DNA of 63,935 nucleotides, the filler included, from Craspedostauros australis (lineage: Eukaryota), in assembly GCA_030167865.1 (NCBI GenBank). It is 10 parts of 10 records of this genome, joined end to end, with 100 filler letters (N's around TTAATTAATTAA, not from the genome) between each part and the next. Parts side by side here need not be neighbours in the genome. Positions count along the whole stretch, not along the records: positions 1 to 6,447 come from JALAGF010003813.1; positions 6,548 to 9,259 come from JALAGF010003815.1; positions 9,360 to 14,411 come from JALAGF010003816.1; 7 more parts are not named here. The stretch is one strand, 5' to 3'. The notes below the pieces were generated by a model, which was given only the letters and a program-made list of their open reading frames with translations, did no database searches and was not told the DNA's origin. Positions 1 to 12,892 of this stretch are shown here, one piece after another; position 1 is the stretch's first letter; every line of letters starts with the position of its first letter. A program made the translations under genes and the position numbers.

Positions 1-2439
1 TCAACAGATCCCTCTGCCTCTCCCTCCACTTCCCCCACCAACAGCTTCCCACAGTCCGATCAATTCTTCGCGATCTTGGACCTCCTCGCACCATCGCTTC
101 TGACACCACCGACATCCATCAACGAATCAGCATTCGCAGATCCTGGCAGTATTCCGCACAAAGTGCTGGACTGGATGGCACGTCCGCAGAATGAACATGT
201 GACACAAATGATCTCTGGTGCCAACCATACCAATCACGCCAACACAGTGAGAAGACTCCTGGAGCACTACGGCTTCATCAGCTTGTACTACTCCATGAAT
301 GGAGAGGGTTGGACCGTGGACTTCGATCTTCCTTCCGATGGGGATATCTGCGGTTGGAACGATGGCAGTCGGGGCATCGGGTGTCAAGAGGATGGATACA
401 TCGTGAGCTTGCTCCTTCCCGATACCAACGTCCAAGGCGACATCGATCCAGCTCTGTATAATCTACGGAGCTTGGAGGATGTGCAGTTGCAGGCCAATCC
501 CATCACGGGGTCACTGTCATCGCATGTTGGCGATCTTACGAATCTCAGGGCCTTGCAACTGCATGAAAGCGGCCTTTCGGGCGAGCTGCCGACAACCCTT
601 GGTGCGCTGACCAAGCTGGAGATCTTTCGATCACTGGCGTCAATGGTGTCTGGTAAGATCCCAACCGAAATCGGCCAGTGCACGCTTCTATCTGATCTGG
701 AGATGAGTAGATGCCAGCTAACAGGGCAGATCCCGAGTGAGCTTGGCAAGCTAACCAAGTTGAATGGGCTGTGGGTGCATTCAAACCAGCTGAAAGGCCG
801 GGTCCCAACGCAGATCGGCCGGCTGACAGCAATGACGCGGCTTTGGCTGTATGAGAACAAGTTGACTGGGCCCCTCCCAACCGAAATCGGCAAGTTGACT
901 GACTTAGATCGGATTTCCATTCGCACAAACCTGTTCACAGGGTCCATCCCTTCCGAATTGGGCAATTTGAACAAGCTATCCATTCTCTTCGCATACAGTG
1001 CAGGGTTGACGGGCACTCTCCCGACAGAGATGGGCAAATTGACGAAGATGCAAAATATGCAGTTGCATGATAATAGAAGGCTGCGCGGGACAATCCCATC
1101 AGAGATGAAGAACCTAACAATGATGGAAGTGCTGAGCATCAGCGAATGCTCATTGAGCGGGAGGCTCCCAACAGAGCTGGCAGGGATGAAGGCGTTGCGG
1201 GATCTCTACCTCCAGAACAACAATCTTGATGGTCCGATCCCGAAGGAATGGGGAGCACTCAGCAAGCTGCGGGACATGTGGCTGAGTAACAATTCGTTGA
1301 GCGGGCAGATTCCGTCCGAGCTGGGCGAATTGGGTGCTCTGACACTGATGAGCTTGCATACCAATGCTCTGACGGGGCCCTTCCCCTCCGAATTCGCCCA
1401 GCTCAAGGCGTTGCGCACTTTGGACATCTATGGAAATGGGCTGAATGGACAACTCCCCACCGAACTGGGTGGCATGGTGGCATTGGCTGGTTTCATGGCA
1501 CAAAGCAATTCGTTCACAGGCCGGATCCCATCACAAATTGGAGACTTGCAGCAACTGACATCCCTGCGACTCAGCACTAATGGTTTCAGTGGAACTGTCC
1601 CGACAGAGATCGGGAATCTGAGCAGCCTCACTTCTCTGAAGATTTCTGTCACTCAATTGAGCGGGCCAATCCCTTCCGAGCTGGGGCAGTTGACGAAATT
1701 GACGCTCCTCCGCCTCCATGACAACCGATTCAATGAAACGATACCGTCTGAACTGGGCTACCTGCGTCGGTTAAGAGCTTTGCGCCTCTATGCGAACCGA
1801 CTGACAGGCACCATACCAACCGAAGTGGGCAAGATGACATCTTTAACGCTTCTCTCAGTCCGGGGGAATCGGTTGATCGGGACGCTTCCGACCGAGGTGG
1901 GCAAACTAGTTGACCTCTCGGCCTTCTTCGGCTTCAGCAACAACATGGTTGGGCCAATCCCTTCAGAAGTGGGGAAGCTGAGCAAGATGAAAAAGTTGCA
2001 ATTGTACGACAACGGCTTCAACGGCACCATCCCAACACAGCTTGCAGCATTGACCAAGCTGACAGACTTCAACATCCAGAGCACCTTGATCACAGGCAAT
2101 CTGGACCCGATCTTTTGCTCCGGGTCGAGCATGTTGGCAAACCCGGCGGTTTCGTTTGGGGCTGACTGCAACGGAGACCCAGCGGAAGGGATTCTATCCC
2201 ACGTTGTGTGTTCGTGCTGCACGGCTTGTTGCGGGCCGCTGGGTTGTGTGGAACAGAACGAAAACGCCAAGCAATGTCGTGGAGGATGCGTGGCATGCGA
2301 TACGAATGTCTTCGTCGCCAGCTGCGAGGAATGCCCCATCTCTGCACAACAGGAGCAGGTTTGCTCAAGATCGTGCTTAATGGATATGAATGAAACGAGT
2401 GGTGTCTGCGAGGCGAGGACACTCTTTGGCGGTGCCTGA
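1..2439 (+). CDS. LRR receptor-like membrane protein A, 3' part (stalk end, LRR cap, roughly 23 plant-type 24-aa LRRs, Cys-rich C-terminus); 5' end outside the window
   Basis: Frame open from base 1 to TGA 2439; repeated LxxLxLxxNxLxGxIPxE(L/I)G units; C-terminal ADC..VCSCCTACC cap; 1-1170 appears identical to 5278-6447. Confidence 0.9.
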   Translation, partial: STDPSASPSTSPTNSFPQSDQFFAILDLLAPSLLTPPTSINESAFADPGSIPHKVLDWMARPQNEHVTQMISGANHTNHANTVRRLLEHYGFISLYYSMNGEGWTVDFDLPSDGDICGWNDGSRGIGCQEDGYIVSLLLPDTNVQGDIDPALYNLRSLEDVQLQANPITGSLSSHVGDLTNLRALQLHESGLSGELPTTLGALTKLEIFRSLASMVSGKIPTEIGQCTLLSDLEMSRCQLTGQIPSELGKLTKLNGLWVHSNQLKGRVPTQIGRLTAMTRLWLYENKLTGPLPTEIGKLTDLDRISIRTNLFTGSIPSELGNLNKLSILFAYSAGLTGTLPTEMGKLTKMQNMQLHDNRRLRGTIPSEMKNLTMMEVLSISECSLSGRLPTELAGMKALRDLYLQNNNLDGPIPKEWGALSKLRDMWLSNNSLSGQIPSELGELGALTLMSLHTNALTGPFPSEFAQLKALRTLDIYGNGLNGQLPTELGGMVALAGFMAQSNSFTGRIPSQIGDLQQLTSLRLSTNGFSGTVPTEIGNLSSLTSLKISVTQLSGPIPSELGQLTKLTLLRLHDNRFNETIPSELGYLRRLRALRLYANRLTGTIPTEVGKMTSLTLLSVRGNRLIGTLPTEVGKLVDLSAFFGFSNNMVGPIPSEVGKLSKMKKLQLYDNGFNGTIPTQLAALTKLTDFNIQSTLITGNLDPIFCSGSSMLANPAVSFGADCNGDPAEGILSHVVCSCCTACCGPLGCVEQNENAKQCRGGCVACDTNVFVASCEECPISAQQEQVCSRSCLMDMNETSGVCEARTLFGGA

Positions 2440-3264
2440 TGAAATCAATCCATAGAGGTCAATGGAATTCAAATCTTGGAATTTGTGGTCTCAACCTCGC
2501 TTCTTTTTCGTGTGCATGAGCTGACATTCGAAAGAGATCTAGACCGCACTAGTATGTATGTCTGTTTGGCGCGAGTGACAATCTAGTCAGCACAGCAGAC
2601 AGACAAACGACAGTGTGCGACAACGAAAACAGTCACTATTGGAGTAGGCGGTCGAAGTCTGGGCCGTTGTGTCTCCAACAGTCAAACATACGATCGTTGA
2701 CGTGCGTACATTTGTTGACAGTTGGTCATCAGACAAAGTTACTCTTTCAATGCGAGAACACGGGATTCATACTTACTCGTGAATCAAAATGCGAATTCTT
2801 GTTGATGACATTTTGGAAACAATGTGACAGCTGCCCAACTGCTGCGTATTGGCACAAACAATGTCTGCATGCATGAAGGAAGATTCCCACCTTCCACTCG
2901 ATCGGCGCAGACAGTCATGGTTCAACTAATTCCGTCGCCTGTGACAGGGCCAAGAATGTCAAATCGGGCCATTTGAGTCACATTTTGTGTGTTGCCACAT
3001 AAACGTGCATCCTGTTGACACATTCCCAACTGCAAAGGGATGAAGTTCATTCACCAGGAGCCAAACGGGTTCTCGTGAGGAACAGTCTCGTTTGCCATTG
3101 TCACCCGCTGTGCGTGGATAGATGTCTCAGTACTTCTCCGTGCGCTCATCGTCACACAGACCCGCCGGCGGCATCAGCTCTCGCACGACAACACAACGCA
3201 TGACATCGGACGACATCGCAACACACCGCAACACATCACATCACAATCCAAGGAGACAAGCATC

Positions 3265-6200
3265 ATGAACACCACCGGCAACAAAATCGACGATCAAGGA
3301 CATGACAACATGGACGCCCAATCGAATGCCCGAATGAACTCTACTGCAACAGACAGCAACAGCGATGGTATCTCCGATGTCGACACCACCACCAGCCTCG
3401 ACGAAAGCAACGATGCCGCCAACAGCAACGGCGACCAGTACCAGGATGTTCTGTTCGCGGTTGTACCAGCGGAGGACAAAAACGGAGCAGGAACCGTTCT
3501 GACGGGAGACGAAGGCGCAAGCCACCACCATCACATGGCAACAACACGCAATGGGGAATCAGAACGCCGCACGTCACCCCTCCAGCAGAGCGGCGACGCT
3601 GCCGCCGCCAGCACCGTAGACGATTACAATGTTGGGATGCGAGCAACCCACGAGCAGCCAGACAGCCCTGAAGGTTTGGCTGCAGACAGGGTGTCGCTGG
3701 CTGATGTCAATGATAGCGGCACCAAAACCAGCAGCAAGACCAGCAGCAGTAGACATGACTCCGACAGCAATAACAACAGCAATAGCAACAACGGCGGCGG
3801 AAGCTGCAACTGCAACTGCGACGCTGCCAACATTCATAACGAAGCTGGAGAACAGAACGTGGATCTATCCGCACATGACGATCTTACATCCGTTTCGTCA
3901 GTGATACCATCTGCAACGCTCAGTTTGGTTGCTCCGCCGCGAAGGGCCACGTCCGCAGGGCCGACATTCCTGAGAAATCCACCCAATCCACGAGGCGGTA
4001 CTGTCGATCATATCGTTGTGTCGCCGTCGCACAGATTCAGACGACTTCGCAGGCAGACGCAGTTCTACCCACATGATGACAAAGCAGGCCACCCACTGAG
4101 CTCGTCTCCGCTTCGTCGAACAACGTCTTGGAATGGGTCCTTGTCCAAGTCTGATCACCGCCACTCCTCGTTCACTCTTTCAGCCAGCTGTGCAGATGGC
4201 GACGTGCGGCGATTCAGCAAGGGGCTACTGGAAGGTGTACCATTGCCCACCGCCGTGTCGCCACGTGATCGGTACGATCAGATCCGCAAATCTTTGTCGA
4301 CTGATAAGTCGCATCGCGCAACTGACAAAGACAGTCAGCAATCGATCATGAAGAGAAGCGCCGATGCAGCTGAATCTGCAGCGCTTGGCAAACACAGAAG
4401 GCCCGTGCACGTCACTTGGGATTACACCAGCCGCACTGGCGCCACCGACAGCAGCAAAATGATGAGGACTGAGCATCCCGGCGACGAATTGCTCGATCCG
4501 GAGAGCCTTGGTGGAAGCATCATGGACAACAGCGACGACCATGATGCAAACAACACCGAGCATGGTCCATCAACGATCTGTAACACTAATATGACGACAG
4601 GCATGTCGCAGAATCCATCGCCGCGGCTTCATGACCCAAGCAACGACGATGACCATGAGATGAACGTCGAAGGCATGTCAGCGCGAACATCGACGCCAAC
4701 AGTATCCTTCAACGATCCGATGCCGCTTTCCATGACAACGTACCCTGCCGTTGTGGCACAAGAAGCGTTGACGCAAGACGAACTGCGAGAGGCGATACGC
4801 GGGGAGATGGAGACCGAGTATCGGGAGAAGATGAACCGAGGCATCGACCTGGTCGTGGCAGAACCTGTCCTCCGTAGTGTGGTATCAGCTCGGCCTGACA
4901 GGACAAGTGGTGCCAGTCGCAATGACTGGCCCATCCAAGACGAAGAGAGATGCGAAGATGCTGGCGACGGCGACGGCGAGAACATTGGTGTCGGCGGGTC
5001 TATGTTCAACAAACGACGCCGCACGCTGAGGGTATGGTTTGGCTTGGTCTGTATCGCCTTGGTTGCTGCGATCATCACCGTTGTGCTGCTACAACGAAAA
5101 AGTGGCACGGATGATGCAACACACGAGAATGGCGTCAATCAATATGACCCTGACTCTGACTTTGACAATGACAATGAAGCAACAAGCTCGCCAACTCCCA
5201 TGCGTGCCACGACCGAAATCCCATCTCTCAGACCTTCAGTCTCAGTCACGCCGACCATCACATCGACCACTGCACCGTCAACAGATCCCTCTGCCTCTCC
5301 CTCCACTTCCCCCACCAACAGCTTCCCACAGTCCGATCAATTCTTCGCGATCTTGGACCTCCTCGCACCATCGCTTCTGACACCACCGACATCCATCAAC
5401 GAATCAGCATTCGCAGATCCTGGCAGTATTCCGCACAAAGTGCTGGACTGGATGGCACGTCCGCAGAATGAACATGTGACACAAATGATCTCTGGTGCCA
5501 ACCATACCAATCACGCCAACACAGTGAGAAGACTCCTGGAGCACTACGGCTTCATCAGCTTGTACTACTCCATGAATGGAGAGGGTTGGACCGTGGACTT
5601 CGATCTTCCTTCCGATGGGGATATCTGCGGTTGGAACGATGGCAGTCGGGGCATCGGGTGTCAAGAGGATGGATACATCGTGAGCTTGCTCCTTCCCGAT
5701 ACCAACGTCCAAGGCGACATCGATCCAGCTCTGTATAATCTACGGAGCTTGGAGGATGTGCAGTTGCAGGCCAATCCCATCACGGGGTCACTGTCATCGC
5801 ATGTTGGCGATCTTACGAATCTCAGGGCCTTGCAACTGCATGAAAGCGGCCTTTCGGGCGAGCTGCCGACAACCCTTGGTGCGCTGACCAAGCTGGAGAT
5901 CTTTCGATCACTGGCGTCAATGGTGTCTGGTAAGATCCCAACCGAAATCGGCCAGTGCACGCTTCTATCTGATCTGGAGATGAGTAGATGCCAGCTAACA
6001 GGGCAGATCCCGAGTGAGCTTGGCAAGCTAACCAAGTTGAATGGGCTGTGGGTGCATTCAAACCAGCTGAAAGGCCGGGTCCCAACGCAGATCGGCCGGC
6101 TGACAGCAATGACGCGGCTTTGGCTGTATGAGAACAAGTTGACTGGGCCCCTCCCAACCGAAATCGGCAAGTTGACTGACTTAGATCGGATTTCCATTCG

Positions 6201-6447
6201 CACAAACCTGTTCACAGGGTCCATCCCTTCCGAATTGGGCAATTTGAACAAGCTATCCATTCTCTTCGCATACAGTGCAGGGTTGACGGGCACTCTCCCG
6301 ACAGAGATGGGCAAATTGACGAAGATGCAAAATATGCAGTTGCATGATAATAGAAGGCTGCGCGGGACAATCCCATCAGAGATGAAGAACCTAACAATGA
6401 TGGAAGTGCTGAGCATCAGCGAATGCTCATTGAGCGGGAGGCTCCCA
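3265..6447 (+). CDS. LRR receptor-like membrane protein A, 5' part (disordered N-terminus, one TM helix, Pro/Thr/Ser stalk, LRR cap, first LRRs); cut by gap
   Basis: ATG 3265, intronless; TM VWFGLVCIALVAAIITVVLL after KRRR; joining 3265-6447 to 1171-2439 gives a 1483-aa ORF. Confidence 0.9.
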
Positions 6448-6547
6448 NNNNNNNNNNNNNNNNNNNNNNNNNNNNNNNNNNNNNNNNNNNNTTAATTAAT
6501 TAANNNNNNNNNNNNNNNNNNNNNNNNNNNNNNNNNNNNNNNNNNNN
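6448..6547. other. Artificial contig spacer (N44-TTAATTAATTAA-N44); also at 9260-9359, 14412-14511, 38063-38162, 45099-45198, 47861-47960, 53253-53352, 57948-58047, 62569-62668
   Basis: Identical 100-bp structure each time; the 12-mer places stops in all six frames. Confidence 0.97.
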
Positions 6548-6789
6548 CCATGTTGAATGTGAACGGTGTTGAAGGTATTCCGTCTGCTGCGGGCAGCTGT
6601 GATGGATACGGTATAAACATTGCAACAAACCAACACCGCAAACGCCCTACAGCCTCACATGACTATTTTCTAACTGCTTTCTACTCCTTTCTGTTTTCAT
6701 TTCCATTTTCGCATAAATTGCCACTACTTACACTTGCGCTCATACTTACATGGACACATCATGGACCTGCACATCAATGCCATCCACAG

Positions 6790-8048
6790 AGGTAATCAAT
6801 CTGAGTTACAATGCGTTCAGCGAGGCTGCAACTATCCCATCAGAAGTCGGTGGGTTGGAATCATTGCAAAGCTTCACCGTGATGTCGTCCAACATCGGCG
6901 GCAACATACCAGCAGAGCTTGGACTGCTAAACAAACTCCAAGTCTTCAAGATGAAAGACAACAAGATCAGGGGCAATATACCCTCACACATCGGCAACAT
7001 GACCAGTCTGGAGAAGTTACATCTCAACTCTAACAACCTGTCGGGGCCCATCCCAGAAGAGATCAGCCAACTTGTCAACCTCAAGGAATTGGAAGTCAAC
7101 AACAATCGCATCACGGACTGGCCAGAATCACTATTTGAGAACCTCACAAAGCTCCGCTCCTTGCAAGTGCGACACAATCTGATCCAGAGTACCATCCCGC
7201 CATCCATCGGCAATCTCATTGACTTGCAGGGGTTCCATTTCAAAGGCAATGAAATGTCGGGCTGATTGCCATCTGGAATTGGGCTACTTCGATCGTTGAA
7301 AAGAATGTATGGAGGATCAACCGGGCTGAGTGGCCCACTCCCATCCGAGATCGGCAACCTCCCGAAGCTCGAATGGTTGATGTTACCCCACACCTTGCTG
7401 ACAGGCACCATTCCGCCCGAGATCGGCAATTTGCCTGCCATTGTCCGCATCAACATTGGAAATAAGTTACAGAACAATCCATCCAATACCACTTCACGAC
7501 TCGGGGGTACTTTACCAACCGAGGTGGGCCAGCTGAGCGCCCTTGTGCGGTTGTTCATCTCTGGCTCGCAGAGTATCAATGGTACCATACCCACGGAGTA
7601 TGGAAACTTGATTGCCATGACCCATTTTCAGGTACGGGACAACCGTCTGAGCGGAGCCCTCCCCAGCGAGCTTGGGCTCCTCACCAACATTCAACATCTC
7701 AGTCTGGAAGGCAATGAATTTTCCGGATCGATCATCTCCGAGCTTGGGCTCCTCACCAACATTCAACATCTCAATCTGGAAGGCAATGCATTTTCCGGAT
7801 CGATCATCTCCGAGCTTGGCAATCTGACGAAGATCGCCGCGTTGTATGTGGAATTGAACGATCTGACGGGGAGCATCCCTGCATCGATTTGCGCATCTGC
7901 GTTCCTGGAAGAGGCTGATGCGGATTGCGACAAGGTGGTGTGCACATGTTGCAATGGTCCCGTTTGCTGTGGGGCGATTGAGGACAAGACGAGTATCTTC
8001 GAAGAGGCGAACTGTCCTGTTGAAGCAGATGGAGGGCAGGGCACGTAA
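6790..8048 (+). pseudogene. Last exon of LRR receptor-like gene B with in-frame TGA at 7263-7265
   Basis: Acceptor catccacag|AG at 6789/6790; LRR register continues through EMSG*LPSGIG; ends with ADC.KVVCTCC cap and TAA 8048. Confidence 0.8.
7667..7819 (+). repeat. Recent tandem duplication of one 72-bp LRR unit
   Basis: 7667-7738 and 7739-7810 differ at only two positions (agt/aat, gaa/gca). Confidence 0.9.
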
Positions 8049-9359
8049 AGCAGAGTGATGTCTTTGGCCGCAGATTACTCAATTCCCTTTGCTACAATGT
8101 ACTGCGGTTCCCGGCATTGCACGAATGCGGCAGAGGATGGTACCATACACAGCATACTAGTGACACATACATGTGCATTGGTGTTTTTTTTCATGTGGAC
8201 AGATTGCCCCAGCGTCTGAAAGTGTAGCGCAGGAATGGGTCGGAGTCACATTGCCCGAAGTGCTTCATGGTTACGCTGAGGGTATGGTGGCTGCCTTGCG
8301 AATGGAAGCAGACATCGCGGGACACTGGTCTCTTCCATCGTTGGAGCAAGCCGAAACCTTGCGAAACGAAGCTCCCAAACGGGAGTTGCAGCTTGTCCTG
8401 AACATGACAGTCTTCCCAGATTTCGCAATTCCCGCTTTCCCGCTTCCCTACCTCCGTGGACTCCCTTCCATTTCCGCTTGTTGCTTCGTCAGCGCGCCTG
8501 GTCATATTCGTATGAGTACGGGCACGAATAGGCGTTATGAAATGATGTGAAGCTGACGAACTATCCAAACGCGACGTTGTTACTCCCACAAGACACGACC
8601 TGAACCCGCGTAATCAAGCACCGTATAAGACGTGTAATAACTCATATAATGCTGATGATGGATGGTACTGGTCTCATCCGATGGTGGCATCGGTGAGATC
8701 ACTGAGCGTCGAGGATATTCGTCGGTACCTGACAATGCTGACGACCTCTGCAGAGCCGTCAGGGCCACTGGTACCAAAGATCCCTCCTGCAACAACCGTT
8801 GCGGCTTTCGCACGAGTACGAAGCGTGGCATGAATAGTAGTATGGCACAGCCGTGGCATGAGGCGGTCGTGCGATTTCGGTTGCTGTCGTTTTGGCTCCT
8901 GCATTTTGTGGGAACAACAACGAGTCAGCGAGAATCTTAGCCATCGCGCTTAACGAATTCAATACCGCGGAAAACTGCATTTGATGTCAACTGGCATCGT
9001 GTGTCTGACTTTCCATATTAGAGGGGTTCGAGTGGCCCCAGAACTTGGGTACTGGGACACGCCGGGCTGTCCGAATTCCAGGGGGAGCCCCGCTATTGAA
9101 ACTTGTCTGGACGCAATGGAGACAGCCGCTTTCGTGGGGATTTAGGTCTTTGCAATGCCCATGTGACGTCACGATTCGCTTTCTTCCTTCCCTTTTTCCC
9201 GCACTGTTTCGTCAAACTGTTTGTTTCCTCATGGTACCAACATGGTTTTTCGCATTTTTNNNNNNNNNNNNNNNNNNNNNNNNNNNNNNNNNNNNNNNNN
9301 NNNTTAATTAATTAANNNNNNNNNNNNNNNNNNNNNNNNNNNNNNNNNNNNNNNNNNNN

Positions 9360-12300
9360 AACTTATTTCCAATGTTGATGCGGACAATGGCAGGCAAATT
9401 GCCGATCTCGGGCGGAATGGTGCCTGTCAGCAAGGTGTGGGGTAACATCAACCATTCGAGCTTCGGGAGGTTGCCGATCTCGGATGGGAGTGGGCCACTC
9501 AGCCCGGTTGATCCTCCATACATTCTTTTCAACGATCGAAGTAGCCCAATTCCAGATGGCAATCAGCCCGACATTTCATTGCCTTTGAAATGGAACCCCT
9601 GCAAGTCAATGAGATTGCCGATGGATGGCGGGATGGTACTCTGGATCAGATTGTGTCGCACTTGCAAGGAGCGGAGCTTTGTGAGGTTCTCAAATAGTGA
9701 TTCTGGCCAGTCCGTGATGCGATTGTTGTTGACTTCCAATTCCTTGAGGTTGACAAGTTGGCTGATCTCTTCTGGGATGGGCCCCGACAGGTTGTTAGAG
9801 TTGAGATGTAACTTCTCCAGACTGGTCATGTTGCCGATGTGTGAGGGTATATTGCCCCTGATCTTGTTGTCTTTCATCTTGAAGACTTGGAGTTTGTTTA
9901 GCAGTCCAAGCTCTGCTGGTATGTTGCCGCCGATGTTGGACGACATCACGGTGAAGCTTTGCAATGATTCCAACCCACCGACTTCTGATGGGATAGTTGC
10001 AGCCTCGCTGAACGCATTGTAACTCAGATTGATTACCTCTGTGGATGGCATTGATGTGCAGGTCCATGATGTGTCCATGTAAGTATGAGCGCAAGTGTAA
10101 GTAGTGGCAATTTATGCGAAAATGGAAATGAAAACAGAAAGGAGTAGAAAGCAGTTAGAAAATAGTCATGTGAGGCTGTAGGGCGTTTGCGGTGTTGGTT
10201 TGTTGCAATGTTTATACCGTATCCATCACAGCTGCCCGCAGCAGACGGAATACCTTCAACACCGTTCACATTCAACATGGAAGCAACTAAACGCGCAACT
10301 CAACACGCCAACAACCACAGACAGGAACGCAGAGACCTATGCTCAATACCACGTACCCAAACTCTTCATCAATCCAATCTCCGTTGCGATGGTCCCGTTC
10401 AGCACATTATTCTGCAGTTGGAGCTTGGCGATCGACTTGAGATGCTGCAAGGAAGATGGGAAGTCTCCCGTGAAGGTGTTCTGGGACAGATCAATCTGCA
10501 GTAACTTTTTCCAGTTCTTCAGCACTGGCTCCCACTCGTCCTCGGGGAAAAGCGTTCCTTCGAGCATGTTTTCGGAGAGTATCACAAAGGCCATGTTCTG
10601 GATCATCACCAGTGATGTTGGGATGGATCCTGTCAATAAGTTCTTTGACAGAGCGAGGGTGTCTGGTTGCATAGTTGCAAAGGTAGACGTGCAATGGTAT
10701 AAGTGACGTAGGGGTATACAGAGAACGATGGTGTTTGGATGGGCGGTTGTTAGATGTCGTGGAGCATTGAGCATCAACTCATTGGCGCAGGTGAGATTGT
10801 TGATCTACTGATCCAAACCATGCAATGAACAAATGGAAGAGAACCGAATTCACGGCCAGCCAGCACGCTGCAGCCGCCACCATGTCGATAGCCAACAATC
10901 AAACTTACTCAGTTGGCTCAGCATACCCAGCTCATCCGGGATGGGACCGACAAGGTTGTTGTCGGGCATGTTGATTCTCCGTACCGTCAGCTTGTTGTCG
11001 CAGGTGAGAAAATCGCCCCACTCGCAATGGTGCATGCCCTGCGTCATCCAGTCGTCCTTGACCAACCAGTCGTCGCCGCCTGTGGTATAATACAACACGA
11101 CCAAAGCGTAGCGCGCCGTCAAGTCATCCTCCGTCCAGCCATTGCCGTCGATATCGATGGCTCGACGCGTCTTTTGATCCTCGATGAGCCAATCAAACGC
11201 TTTGGATTGCGGCGTGTTCTTCACATCCAACTGATCCACAGTTGTTGGCGGCGACGCTGATCGAATGACATCCAACAGCTGCACCGATTCCGGCGACCAA
11301 GTGGGGGAGAAAGTGGGCATGGTGGTCGGTGATGCAGATGGCGTTGCTGTTGGTGTGGTCGTTGTGGATGATTCAGTGGGAACCATCGTGATATTGATCG
11401 CAATCAATGCACTGTCGCTATCGCCGCCACTGCCACTTTCTTCCAGTCCAACTGAAAGACCAATCGCAAGGGCGAGGATGGCAACGAGCGCCAACGCAAG
11501 TACAATCGCGTACTTGCGTTGCTGCTGTTTGCCTCGCTGAGCTGCGGCGAGTTCGATGGTCTTTTCCTGCTCTTGCTGCGTGACGACTTGCGCTTCGACG
11601 GCATTCTCCATGACCTCATCTCTCGCGATTTGGAGGAGCTCGCTGTCGTTGACCGCAACAGCTTCGACGGCCGTTGTATTGTCGTCACCCATGGCCAAGC
11701 TTTCCAAGTCGACGAGCTGCTCTTGGCTTGTGATGCTGCTGCTTATGTCGTGGATGTGAGCATAAGCCTGTTCGTCGATAGCGGGGTTGCTGGATCCGTT
11801 GTCGCGCACCCTGATTATCTGTGGCTCAATAGAGGCTTCCTCATCTGCGCTGAAGACGTTGGTGATATTGACATTATCATCGCTGTAATTGCCGCAATCA
11901 GTCTTGCCTTTCGTATCACTCCTGGCAGATTTCGATGGCACGGCGCCGGCCACAGCGGTGCGAGCTTGGTCAGCAGCCAAGGTGGCCTTCGCAGCTAGAT
12001 CGGCACTTGCCGCAGTGATGGCACTCCCTGATTGGATCGCGGTGCTCTTCGTGAGGCTGCCGGTGTTGGTGCATGAGGTGTTGTTATCGTCGTTGCTGGT
12101 GTTCGTCACGCGATGCGCTCCTACCGATCCACCGCTGTTGCGGGCAAGCTTGTCGATAGATCTTGCTCTCGCTGCGTTCGAGCCGAATTGAGAGGAATTC
12201 ATCGTGAGCGTAAAGGCTTCCTTCTTGCTCGACCCAGAACGGCGGGAGTCATTCTCGGGGGCTGAGGATGCTGATGCCGACGGAGTTGTGGAGGCTCTGG

Positions 12301-12892
12301 TCTCCGCCGCCGCACCTTGCTCTTGGGTGCTTGCCTGCGTACCTCCGGCGATCACGGTACCGCTCACAGCAGCTGTGAGTGCAATCGCGACCGCGCCAGA
12401 CGAGGTTCCCCTCATCAGTTCGCTGGCAGCAACGGTGGCCACCATCTGTTCGCTGTCGGCGTCATCATGATCGACAAACTGCGGATGCTCATCGTCGCTG
12501 TTGTGGTGGACTGCGGCATGCGCATCGCCAGCAGGGGCATCGGTGTTCGAAGAGGCGTTCTCACGCAGCTCGTTGGAAGCCTCCAGTTCTGCGGTATCCG
12601 GAGCCTCGTCGATAGACACGATGGGGTTGCTGAGCATCTGCGAGACAGGCTGCGGCAAGTCTCTCGTGAGCTGCGGATCGGCAGACTGCGGATCGGCAGG
12701 AGAGAAGACCTCGTCTTCGTCCATGTTGGACGTCGTCGAATGGTTCTCATCGCCGTGGTATTCATTGTCATTGTCATCGTTAACGTGACCGCTGCTGTGG
12801 CTGTGGCTGTGGATATCACCGCTATCCTCAACGGAAACGGTGCTGTCATTGTCGTCCTTGCCGCGGTGGAGATCTGGAGGTGGAGGAGACAT
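9360..12892 (-). CDS. LRR receptor-like gene B: exons 12892-10909, 10662-10357, 10038-9360 (cut by gap); carries the same in-frame TGA (9565-9563)
   Basis: Phase-1 GT-AG introns (CTGA|gtaagt...caaccag|AC; TTGG|gtacgt...ccacag|AG) keep the LRR register; TM YAIVLALALVAILALAIGLSVGL, PT stalk, RYALVVLYY-type cap; 9360-10279 is the reverse complement of about 6548-7468. Confidence 0.85.

Noticed and set aside
6492..6503. TTAATTAATTAA palindrome repeated nine times in the window
   Set aside because: Always centred in a 100-bp N block; an assembly spacer, not biology
9023..9040. GGGGTTCGAGTGGCCCC, similar to a tRNA T arm
   Set aside because: B box incomplete and no acceptor, D or anticodon arms around it
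6548..10279. Large inverted repeat (about 6548-7468 vs 9360-10279) suggesting a foldback element
   Set aside because: Both arms begin at contig edges and are parts of one LRR gene; orientation across spacers is not trustworthy
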